Position numbers and translations under genes: made by a program
Notes under the pieces: model-generated
The model's database searches: none
What the model saw: the letters and a program-made list of their open reading frames with translations, nothing else
What the model was told of the DNA's origin: nothing
Part shown: positions 17,615 to 27,000 of the stretch, in pieces
Layout: every line of letters begins with the position of its first letter
Numbering within the stretch: the first letter of the stretch is position 1
NCBI GenBank assembly: GCA_051880435.1
Contig: JBJENY010000054.1
Coordinates: 616 to 64,615, forward strand
Reading direction: 5' to 3'
DNA: 64,000 bases
DNA from: Lachnospiraceae bacterium
GTDB taxonomy: Bacteria > Bacillota > Clostridia > Lachnospirales > Lachnospiraceae

Positions 17615-18691
17615 TTAACCACGCAAGAATCCTTGTTTTAGCTCATTCATGATTTCTGATACAGTGGTAATTTCCTTTATTTTTCCTACATTTGCACCAC
17701 AAAAAATCAATCCTTGTTCGATATCTCCGGATACTGCACGAATCAACGCATCTGTAATGCAGTATGGAATTTCTGCCGGATTACATTTTGCAAGACATCC
17801 AAGACATCGTTCCACCTTACAGTTACCTATTTCTGTATCTGCCAAAAATGTATTTTGTAAAGCCCGGCCCGGCATTCCTACCGGACTTTTGATAATGCGG
17901 ACATCTTCTTCTTTTGCATTGATATAAGCTTCTTTATACCGGATATCAGCATCACATTCTTTTGTTGCAACAAAGCGGCTTGCTACCTGTACACCATCTG
18001 CACCAAGACTTACTGCATGAGCTACATCTGAGGCATCAAAAATTCCGCCGGCAACAATAACAGGTATTTTTTTGTCATATTTTTCTTCCTGTTGATGTAC
18101 GCTTTCAATGATTTTTTTGATTTCGGTATCATAATCAAGAGTTCCTGCAGTATCTTTTTCCAGTTCGTCCTTTGAAAAACCTAAATGACCACCGGCTTTT
18201 GGACCTTCAATTTCTACAAAGTCAGCAGTTTTCTGATATTTTTTATCCCACATTTTAAAAAGAATTTTGATTGCTTTGTCGGAAGATACAATAGGAGCAA
18301 ATTTGGTATCTGTGTCCTCTAATAATGCAGGCAGTGTAACAGGAAGTCCTGCTCCACAGATTACAACATCGGCTCCGGCTTTGGCAGCAACTTTAACGTG
18401 TTCTTCGTAATCCTTTAATGCAACCATTACATTAACACCTACAAGCCCACCGTTTGCCTGTGCCTTTGCAAGCTTAATGTGTTTTTCAATGGCACGGTTA
18501 TTTGCTTCCTTGTGATTGTTTACAAAATCGGGCTCATCATAGCCAATCTGTGCGGTAGAGATAATACCAATGCCTCCTTCTTTCGCAACCGCGCCTGCAA
18601 GGCTGCTTCGGCTGACACCTACCCCCATTCCTCCCTGAATAATGGGAATTCTGGCAATTTTATTACCAATTCTTAGCTCTTTCATCTGCAT
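17615..18691 (-). CDS. FabK-like enoyl-ACP reductase II / nitronate monooxygenase-family flavoprotein with Cys-rich C-terminal extension
   Basis: IIQGGMGVGVS, GAGLPV and VIVAGGIFD motifs of the FMN TIM-barrel NPD/FabK family. It is adjacent to fabF. Extra CLGCLAKCNPAEIPYC (Cx2Cx3Cx7C). Confidence 0.7.
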   Translation of the reverse strand: MQMKELRIGNKIARIPIIQGGMGVGVSRSSLAGAVAKEGGIGIISTAQIGYDEPDFVNNHKEANNRAIEKHIKLAKAQANGGLVGVNVMVALKDYEEHVKVAAKAGADVVICGAGLPVTLPALLEDTDTKFAPIVSSDKAIKILFKMWDKKYQKTADFVEIEGPKAGGHLGFSKDELEKDTAGTLDYDTEIKKIIESVHQQEEKYDKKIPVIVAGGIFDASDVAHAVSLGADGVQVASRFVATKECDADIRYKEAYINAKEEDVRIIKSPVGMPGRALQNTFLADTEIGNCKVERCLGCLAKCNPAEIPYCITDALIRAVSGDIEQGLIFCGANVGKIKEITTVSEIMNELKQGFLRG

Positions 18692-18823
18692 GTCTCCTTA
18701 ATTTGAATAAATCTATTTTTAATACATTTTCTTCCTGTTAAACTGCAAATATTTCAACTTTATGTATTTGAATATATTAAGCAGATAGGATTGTTAATGA
18801 TTAATTATCGCTTATTATTTATC

Positions 18824-18875
18824 GAAACCAATTATTGAAACCAATTATTAAAATTAATTATTGAAACCAATTATT
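18824..18875. repeat. 4 x 13-bp direct repeat GAAACCAATTATT (third copy AAAATTAATTATT)
   Basis: Counted directly: units start at 18824, 18837, 18850 and 18863. The array lies 130-185 bp upstream of the fabK-like start codon. Confidence 0.9.
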
Positions 18876-19009
18876 GCTAGTTTCTACATTGTTTTTTTGT
18901 TTTATTCCTTGTGTAATTCATTCATAATCTTTCAATATCAAACATTACCACTATGTAGTAGAGTTGTCAATAAGATGTAGTAAATAAAACTATGTTTGCA
19001 ATTAAGAAC

Positions 19010-19585
19010 TAAGAAAATACCTACTAAATTGAGATAAATTAAAAGTATGGTAGGTAATTGGCAGGCTGAAAAGAAGAAAGAGCAAGCAAAATACCTACTA
19101 AATTGAAGAAAATCAAAAGTATGGTAGGTAATTGGCAGGCTGAAGGGAAGAAAAAGCAAGCAAAATACCTACTAAATCAAAGAATATCAAAAGCTTGATA
19201 GGTAATTGGCAGGCTGAAAGGAAGGAAAAACATAAAATTTACCTACTAAATATGTAATAAGTAGAAAATAGTAGGTAAATCCCTAAAGATAAATAAGAAA
19301 AAGCAAGCAAAATACCTACCAAATTGAAAAAAATCAAAAGTATGGTAGGTAATTGGTAGGCTGAAAAGAAGAAAGAGCAAGCAAAATACCTACCAAATTG
19401 AAATAAATCAAAAGTCTGGTAGGTAATTGGCAGGCTGAAAAGAGGAAAAAGCAAGCAAAATACCTACTAAATCAAAGAATATCAAAAGATTGGTAGGTAA
19501 TTGGCAGGCTGAAGGGAAGAAAATGCATAAAATATACCTACTAAATTGCGAATATGAAACAAAATAGTAGGTAACCTGACACCAA
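19010..19585. repeat. 8 tandem 74-bp units, each with an inverted repeat TACCTACYA ... TRGTAGGTA
   Basis: TACCTAC starts at 19018, 19092, 19166, 19240, 19313, 19387, 19461 and 19535, giving spacings of 74,74,74,73,74,74,74. The loop (20-24 nt, A-rich) and the purine-only spacer are also conserved. Confidence 0.95.
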
Positions 19586-19589
19586 TATT

Positions 19590-20351
19590 TTACTTGCTAA
19601 ATTTTAAAACAGATATTACAGAATTTAATATCGTTATTATGATGCAGACAATCAAAGCCTTGTAATAATCACTGACTTCACATGTGTCGGTAAGAATTGA
19701 CATTCCATCTAAAAGCTTGATGGGAAGATAGTCCTTGATTTTTCCAATCATGCTAAGCAGATACATTGCAGCCACACATCCTCCGCTTCCAAGTAATACA
19801 GTTCCTGTATTCTGAGAGAAAGTGGAAAATAACATAATAAAGGAAATCATCATGATACCAAAACACCAGGTGAAAAGAGCGGCAATAAAGTGCTGTGTTG
19901 CGATTGCATTATCCCAGAAATAGCTGTTATAAAAATAGGTGATGGCATAGCAGGCAAAATATCCTCCTGTCCATACTGTTATCAGGATGGCAAATTTTGC
20001 AGTGATGATTTTCCATCTTGCATAGCCCTTGGCAAATATGGAAATTAAAGTTCCTTTTTGTAATTCGTTTACTAAAATTCCACTGAATAAAAGTACAAAA
20101 GCAATTAATGCCATGGGAATGTTTTTATAAAACTGGGTCCATGAAGTTAAGGCATCTACAGATATTTCGTTTATCACAAATCCGCTTTCTTCCAATTCCT
20201 CTGACATGGTTTTCATCATCCAGGGAGTAAGCTTTGCCAGTGCCGGATTCATAATACCAAAAAGAATAAATAATATGGATATTACAAGAAGCTTGCTTGT
20301 TCTGATAAGCTCTATCCATTCCTTCTTAAAAAATGCGAAAAATGTTTTCAT
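19590..20351 (-). CDS. ABC-2-type transporter permease
   Basis: About 6 TM helices. ATGA overlap with the upstream ATPase gene (20348-20351). Start MKTFFAFFKKEW. Confidence 0.75.
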   Translation of the reverse strand: MKTFFAFFKKEWIELIRTSKLLVISILFILFGIMNPALAKLTPWMMKTMSEELEESGFVINEISVDALTSWTQFYKNIPMALIAFVLLFSGILVNELQKGTLISIFAKGYARWKIITAKFAILITVWTGGYFACYAITYFYNSYFWDNAIATQHFIAALFTWCFGIMMISFIMLFSTFSQNTGTVLLGSGGCVAAMYLLSMIGKIKDYLPIKLLDGMSILTDTCEVSDYYKALIVCIIITILNSVISVLKFSK

Positions 20352-21178
20352 TTGCCGATTACCTCCATGAATAATTGTTCCAAATTCCATTCTTTTTCCT
20401 TTATGTCGGAAATAGGAATGTCATGCTCTGCCATATATTGCTTGAGTTGTTGCAATTTGTTTTCGTCTAAGTCTTTTACAGAAATGGTAATATCATAATC
20501 GCTTATATTTTTATGAGAAGTCTTTATTTCCTCCATGGAGCCGGAAAGCATGATTTTTCCATTGTGTAGCAATGCCAGCTGATCGCAAATCCGTTCCACA
20601 TCACTTAAAATGTGAGTAGAAAATAAGATGGTTGTTTTTTCCTTTGCAGCCACTAAAACATCCATGATTTCCTTTCGACCTACAGGGTCTAATGCAGAGG
20701 TGGGTTCATCACATATCAAAAGCTTTGGTTCGTGAAGCAGCGCCTGTGCAATACCAAGACGTTGTTTCATGCCCCGGGAAAAGCCTTTAATTCGATGGGT
20801 TTCATTTGCTAATCCAACTAAAGAAAGCATTTCTTTACTTCGTTCATTGAGAAGCTTTTTTTCCATACCAATAATGCTTCCGCAAAACTGAAGATATTCC
20901 CCTGCAGTCATATAATCATAAAATTCCGGGACATCAGGTAAATATCCGATATAACGGTTAGTAGGAGCATTGCCGTATATGACAGGTTCTCCATTTACCA
21001 ATATATTTCCCCGGTCCGGTTTTAACATGCCAAGAACCATTTTCATGGTTGTGGTTTTACCGGCACCATTTTTTCCTACAAATCCGAATATGGAATGTTC
21101 CGGTACATCAAGGGAAATACCATCTAAAACCTTTTTTGTTCCGAAGCTTTTTTCCAGATTTTCAATATGTAACATCAT
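20348..21178 (-). CDS. ABC transporter ATP-binding protein
   Basis: Walker A GKNGAGKTT, signature FSRGMKQRL, Walker B LLICDEPTSALD. Confidence 0.93.
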   Translation of the reverse strand: MMLHIENLEKSFGTKKVLDGISLDVPEHSIFGFVGKNGAGKTTTMKMVLGMLKPDRGNILVNGEPVIYGNAPTNRYIGYLPDVPEFYDYMTAGEYLQFCGSIIGMEKKLLNERSKEMLSLVGLANETHRIKGFSRGMKQRLGIAQALLHEPKLLICDEPTSALDPVGRKEIMDVLVAAKEKTTILFSTHILSDVERICDQLALLHNGKIMLSGSMEEIKTSHKNISDYDITISVKDLDENKLQQLKQYMAEHDIPISDIKEKEWNLEQLFMEVIGK

Positions 21179-21181
21179 GAT

Positions 21182-21382
21182 TTAATCCTCTTTTCCCAGT
21201 GTAAAGTATAGGATTGGTCCAATAAATTCCATCCCGATAATGGTAATAATAAGCCATAAGGTGCGGTTTCCTCTTTTATAGGTAGTATGGGTTAAAATAT
21301 GGTGAATCGTTACAGCAAGTAAAACCAGCTCTGCAATGGCAAGTGGTATGATAAAAGGTAAAATTTCATTGATTTCTGACAT
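21182..21382 (-). CDS. PLDc_N-type small membrane protein (66 aa)
   Basis: Two TM helices, with ..RTLWLIITIIGMEFIGPILYFTLGK typical of the PLD-nuclease N-terminal-domain family. AGAGGAG RBS. First gene of the ABC operon. Confidence 0.7.
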   Translation of the reverse strand: MSEINEILPFIIPLAIAELVLLAVTIHHILTHTTYKRGNRTLWLIITIIGMEFIGPILYFTLGKED

Positions 21383-21414
21383 AATTATCTCCTCTTTATA
21401 CTTTCTTATTTATT

Positions 21415-21451
21415 TTGCACAAAAAAGCCTGTATTTTAGCCATTTGTGCAA
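21415..21451. promoter_or_regulatory. inverted repeat TTGCACAA-N21-TTGTGCAA upstream of the PLDc_N/ABC operon (operator candidate)
   Basis: Arms at 21415-21422 and 21444-21451. It lies between the XRE regulator stop and the PLDc_N start. No T-run on either side, so it is unlikely to be a plain terminator. Confidence 0.35.
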
Positions 21452-21503
21452 TGATTCATAAAGTTACAAACAATGATAAGCATTCATTAATGGGTGAAAA
21501 CTC

Positions 21504-22631
21504 TTAAATTTCATTTAATTTCTGAATCCTTTTTCGTAACAGTTTATAAGCTTGTTCTTCTTTTAAAAATGCAAATGCAGGATGATCCAATATTGCAATT
21601 GCACTTTTGATTACTAATTCAATGTTTCTTGGTGGACCGCTTTCAAATTCCGAAGCCTCTATCCACTGGGCGACCCTGTCAAAATATTTGTCATTTTTAA
21701 ATGTAATTACTCCTGTTCCCAGTAATTCCATAATACAATCACAATAATGTGACAGGTATTGTAATGTTTGTTCTTTGTTTCCATATGTCCCGTATATGAT
21801 AGATGCCTGATAATAGAATTTAGCACCTGTATTAGGATTTGATTTTTTCACTTCAAACACATCAATCAGATGTTCCATACGTCGTATTGTTTCTTCGCAT
21901 ATCGACCTATTGTTTTTATTGATTTCTAAATATTGAATTGCATTTTCAATGACGCTCATCAGATGAAAATACATACTCACCTGGGTAAAGGTATTGGCTT
22001 TTTCCACATCATTGTTCAATTGATATGCCTGTATTAGTAGTAAATCATTTTGACCGGAAAGACGGGCGGCTGTGTTTAAGGGTTCTAGTGTTTCAATAAC
22101 ATTTTTTGCATTTCCCATTAGCAGCTCACATAGGGTTCCGAAGGATATTCCATTGTCAATTAAAACAATATCTTTACTGGTTTCAGTTACCTGATTGCAT
22201 AGATTTTTGGCCGTTTCTAAAACTTCAAACTGTTTTTCCTGACTGGGAAATAGCATGAAATGATTGATTAATAATAGTGCCATCTGAATGAGAAAAGGAT
22301 TACAGGCATAATACTGGTGAATCAGTGCCTGTATTTTTTCCATAACTGTTTCCGGAGGCTCATGGGCAAAATCTGCTGCAAGCTTGGCATATATTTCTTT
22401 AATCTGCTCCGGAGAGAGCATTGGTTCATATCCCATTAGTTCATCAATGGTAACATGAAAATAAGCTGCCAGCTGGGGAAGTAATAAAATATCCGGCATG
22501 CTTTGTCCATTTTCCCATTTTGAAACAGACGCCTTTGTGATACCAAGAAAATTTGCTACATCTTCCTGGGTAAGCTTCTTTTCCTGTCGCAATCTATTAA
22601 TGTTTTGGGCTAACTTAATGTTGTGTGGCAT
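21504..22631 (-). CDS. XRE-family HTH regulator with ~300-aa helical (TPR-like) C-terminal domain
   Basis: HTH LRQEKKLTQEDVANFLGITKASVSKWENGQSMPD. AAGGAG lies 5 nt before ATG 22631. Confidence 0.8.
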   Translation of the reverse strand: MPHNIKLAQNINRLRQEKKLTQEDVANFLGITKASVSKWENGQSMPDILLLPQLAAYFHVTIDELMGYEPMLSPEQIKEIYAKLAADFAHEPPETVMEKIQALIHQYYACNPFLIQMALLLINHFMLFPSQEKQFEVLETAKNLCNQVTETSKDIVLIDNGISFGTLCELLMGNAKNVIETLEPLNTAARLSGQNDLLLIQAYQLNNDVEKANTFTQVSMYFHLMSVIENAIQYLEINKNNRSICEETIRRMEHLIDVFEVKKSNPNTGAKFYYQASIIYGTYGNKEQTLQYLSHYCDCIMELLGTGVITFKNDKYFDRVAQWIEASEFESGPPRNIELVIKSAIAILDHPAFAFLKEEQAYKLLRKRIQKLNEI

Positions 22632-22881
22632 ACAGTCTCCTTTCTGGTTAAATTCTTTTTTAGGCATTTGCGAAACGCACTTTGTTGATGTTATTTTTAT
22701 ATGCTTATTTTACAATAGAAATAATGGTCCATAAAGGGATTGTTACGATATATTCGTAAATTAAATCAACTGTTAGGAAACTTTTTCGGTGCGACTTATT
22801 GCTGATAAATCGTAAGCAGGCCCTTCTAGAAAAAGACACCATAATATGATATATTTTGATAAGGATAAAAGGTTGGGAGGA

Positions 22882-24045
22882 ATGGCGTTGAAATTTATTC
22901 ATTTAGGCGATTTGCATATTGGAAAAATGCTTGGGGATTTTGATTTGTTAGAAGACCAAAGCTATATTTTACAACAGATTTTAAAGATTGCTGATGATAA
23001 TCAGGTTGATGGTGTTTTGATTGCAGGAGATATTTATGACCGTTCGATTCCTAGTGAAGGTGCGGTGAGTTTATTTGACTGGTTTGTTGGAGAACTGGCA
23101 AAAAGGAAATTAAAGACTTTTATGATTTCCGGGAATCATGATTCCGATGAACGTTTGAATTTTGGCAGTAGTTTATTTACTGCAAATGAGATTTTTATTT
23201 CGGCTAAATATAATGGGCAGCTTTATAAAAAAACGTTACAGGATGATAACGGAAATCTAAACATATATTTAATGCCCTTTATAAAAGCTTCCCAGGTAAA
23301 ACATTTTTATCCGGAGGAAGATATCGTTTCCTATGATGATGCTGTGAGAGTAGCCATTGAAAAAAGTAATATTAAGAAAGAAGAACGGAATGTGTTAGTT
23401 GCTCATCAGTATGTAATTAAAATGGGAAGTGATCCAATACTTGCCGGTTCGGAAAGTATGGCAGTTAAAAATGTTGGAACAATAGAAAAAATTAATGCAG
23501 CTCATTTTGATGACTTTGATTATGTGGCGTTAGGTCATATTCATTCTGCTCAGGAAATTACAAGAGAAACCATTCGATATTCCGGTTCTCCCTTAAAATA
23601 TTCTTTAAGTGAGGCAAAACATACAAAATCAGTTCCCATTGTATCCTTTGGGGGAAAAAATGATGTTTTGGTGGAGTACGCCGAATTATGTCCCAAAAGG
23701 GATTTGCGTCATATAAAAGGAACTATGGGTCATTTGTTAGATAAGAAAAACGTTATGGGACAAAATGATTTTATTTATGTAACATTAACAGATGAAGAAA
23801 TAATAAATGATGCCATGACAATTTTTCAACAGGTGTATCCCAATACGATTAAAATTGATTATGATAATTCCTACACAAAGGAAATACAGCCCATTGATAT
23901 TGAGCAGATTGCAAACAACAGGTCTTTTGACGACATGATAGCTGAATTTTATTATAAAATGTATGGCTGTGAGATAACAGAGGAAGAACGAAAGGTTATG
24001 AAGGAGATTGCAAAGGAGGTGGGGGTTTCAGATGAAGCCGATTAA
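22882..24045 (+). CDS. sbcD: exonuclease SbcD (Mre11-like)
   Basis: FIHLGDLHIG, GDIYD and GNHD phosphoesterase motifs. The true start may be TTG 22888 (7 nt after GGGAGG), giving MKFIHLGD. Confidence 0.9.
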   Translation: MALKFIHLGDLHIGKMLGDFDLLEDQSYILQQILKIADDNQVDGVLIAGDIYDRSIPSEGAVSLFDWFVGELAKRKLKTFMISGNHDSDERLNFGSSLFTANEIFISAKYNGQLYKKTLQDDNGNLNIYLMPFIKASQVKHFYPEEDIVSYDDAVRVAIEKSNIKKEERNVLVAHQYVIKMGSDPILAGSESMAVKNVGTIEKINAAHFDDFDYVALGHIHSAQEITRETIRYSGSPLKYSLSEAKHTKSVPIVSFGGKNDVLVEYAELCPKRDLRHIKGTMGHLLDKKNVMGQNDFIYVTLTDEEIINDAMTIFQQVYPNTIKIDYDNSYTKEIQPIDIEQIANNRSFDDMIAEFYYKMYGCEITEEERKVMKEIAKEVGVSDEAD

Positions 24046-27000
24046 ATTAATAATAAGTGGATTTGGACCTTATGGCGATACCATGCCTGCAATTGAATTT
24101 GAAAAATTTACAGATAAGGGTTTATTTTTAATATCCGGAGATACCGGTGCAGGAAAAACAACCATATTTGATGCCATTAGTTTTGCTTTATATGGAACCA
24201 CAAGTGGAATTTATAAAAATACAAAAAATTTACGAAGTGAATATGCTTCACCGGATGTGGAAAGTTATGTAGATTTTTATTTTTTTCATCAGGGACATGA
24301 TTATCATATTTGTAGAAAACCTTCTTTTGAAAGAATCAATCGAAATGGGAAGCTGATAGAAGAACCGGAAAAGGTTATTTTTTATTATGAGGATGGAAGT
24401 ACCGTAGAAGGAACCAGAAATGTGGATGGCACGAAGGATGATCCGGGTGTTATCAGAAATCTATTGCATATTGATGCAAAACAGTTTAAGCAAATTGCAA
24501 TGATAGCACAGGGGGAATTCTGGGATTTATTAAATGCTAAGACCGAGGAACGGACTGTTATTTTAAGAACGATTTTTAATACCGATTCTTACAAAAATAT
24601 GGAAGTGAAATTAAAAGAACGGATGAATGCAAGCTATGTTTTGCGAAAAGAAACGGAAAATAGTATTTTGCAGTACTTTAGTGATGTTGTTGTGGATGAA
24701 GAATCAGAACATGCAGAGGAATTGTTACGTTTGCAGGAAAATGCCGGAGATAGTAAAAGTGCCTGGAATGTTGAGGAAATGATTGGCATCATAGAAAAAA
24801 TTATCAAATCTGATTTGCTAAAACAGAAAATGTTCAAGGAACAATTAGAGAAGCAGGATAAGAAATTAACAGAAAAAAATAATATGTACGGGGTTGCACA
24901 AACGAATAATGCTTTGCTGCAAAAAGTAGATACTTTAGAAAAGGAATATGAAAAACTACAGGAAAAACAACAGGAAATAGAGCAACGATCCTTTACATTG
25001 CAAAAACAACAGGATGCTACATATAAAGTTAAGCCTGAGTATCTGGCGTGGAAAACGAAATGTGATGAATTAAATGCTTCTCAAAGGGATATGGATGAAG
25101 CAAAGATGCTGCTAACAAAAGCCCTTGCCCTGAAAAAGAAATCACAGGATTTATTTGCAGAGGTATCCAAAGAAGAACCAAAACAGGATGAACGTAAAGT
25201 GTTGGTTTCGAAAATGAAGGAGTCAGAAAGGGATTATGCAACCAGGGATGCCTTATTAGAGGAGATAAAAACAATAGAGGATGCTCTTAAAAAAATGGGA
25301 CAGTTAGAGAAATCTGTGTTGTCAAATGAGCAAGCGTTACGGGAACAAGTGAAATCAATAAACGCAACAATTCAACAGCTAGAGGATGTTCCTGCAAAAT
25401 ATATGGAAACCTCAAAGGAAAAGGATAAGTTTTTTCATTTAATGAATCAAATGAGCCAAATTCAAAATGAAATGATTCCGGCTTATGAAAGAAAAAAACA
25501 ACAATATGAAAACCAGCAGAATCAGTTTGAAATGGCAAAAAAATCCTATATTGACGCAAGAAATAAAGCAAATCACGCAAAGGATGTCATTGATGGTTGT
25601 CGTGCCGGCATATTGGCAAAAGATTTAGAGGAAGGTGTTCCATGTCCCGTATGTGGTGCAACCCATCATGAAAAGCTGGCAATTCTTCCAGACGAATATA
25701 TGACAGAAGAACAGTATAAAGAATTAGAAGCAGCTTATCATAAAGAACAGGATAATTATGAAAAAAAAGTTGGAGCTACAGAGGGCGCAAAAAAATCCTT
25801 TGAAACAGAACAGGAGCATTTAACACAATCTATTCATTCATGTTTGAAAAATGAGTTAGTAAATAAAAATGAGCTTGTGAATGAAAAGGATCCGGATGCA
25901 ATAGATGTTGCTAAGTTGATACAGATATTGAAGGATACCCTTAATCAGGTAGAAGAAAAATATGAAGCAATCAGTCATAAGGAGTCGTCCTTAAAAGAAT
26001 CCTGTGAAGAATTGGAGCGTTTAAGAACTACCTTAGAAACAGTGCGGGATAAGGAATTAGAAGCTATTGTAAAGGAAAAAGAAGATATATTGCTACAAAA
26101 AAATGAAAATCATGCATTGCTGGCAAAAAAGAAGGCAACGTTAGATTCCATCGGAACCTTACCATATAAAGATTTCAGTGAAGCTGTAGCACAAAGAGAA
26201 AAAATAGAAAAGGAAATCAGTGATTTTGACAATCTGTTACAAAAAACAAGAAAAGACAGAGACGAAGGAATTACAAGATATGCAAAAGCAAAGTCCACTG
26301 TGGAGACCTTACAATTGACAGTAGAAAAAAATTGTAAGGATGAAAAGGATTTAAAAGAAAAATTTGATGCTTTATTAGTAGAACGGGAGCTTACCGATGA
26401 AAAAGAATTTTTGTCTTTTGTTGTTCCTGAAGATAACATGAAAGAAACAGAAAAAACCATAGCAGAGTATCATGAGAACGTGAAGGCTGTTACTGCTCAA
26501 TTAGAATCCGCCCAGGCAGAAGCAAAAGATAAGACAATGATTGATGTGGATGAGATACTTGATGAAATAGCGGAACAAACAAATTTGGTAGATGAAATTC
26601 GGGAAAACTATAATTTGATTACTTATCGGATAAATACAAATCAGGATAAGTTATCTCATATTAAAGAAAAAATATCTGAACTTTTACACAGTCAAAAAGA
26701 AAATGCGATGTATACTAAATTATACCATTTGGTAACAGGACAAACGGGAAAAGGAAAGATTACATTAGAACAGTTCATACAGGCGGCAGGTTTTGACCAA
26801 ATTATTCAGGCAGCTAACCGTCGATTGCTTCCTATGACGGATTACCAGTATGAATTATCTCGACAAAATGATTCCTTGGGTAAGAAAAGTAATACCTTCT
26901 TAGATTTGGAAGTCACAGATAATTTTACAGGTCATAAACGTCCTGTTGGTAATCTGTCCGGTGGAGAAAGCTTTAAGGCATCACTTAGTCTTGCACTAGG

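Noticed and set aside
18938-19454. Minus-strand ORFs 18938-19159 and 19239-19454, and + strand mini-ORFs starting at the ATG inside each hairpin (MVGNWQAEKKKEQAKYLLN).
   Set aside because: The translations are low-complexity reflections of the repeat. There is no RBS. The + strand mini-ORF is interrupted after 5 codons in unit 5 and has different lengths in other units, so there is no coding conservation.
19010-19585. CRISPR array. The regular spacing of a conserved palindromic element suggested it.
   Set aside because: The segments between the conserved arms, both the loops and the purine spacers, are themselves conserved from unit to unit. There are therefore no unique spacers. The unit is 74 bp rather than repeat plus spacer, and no cas genes are in the window.
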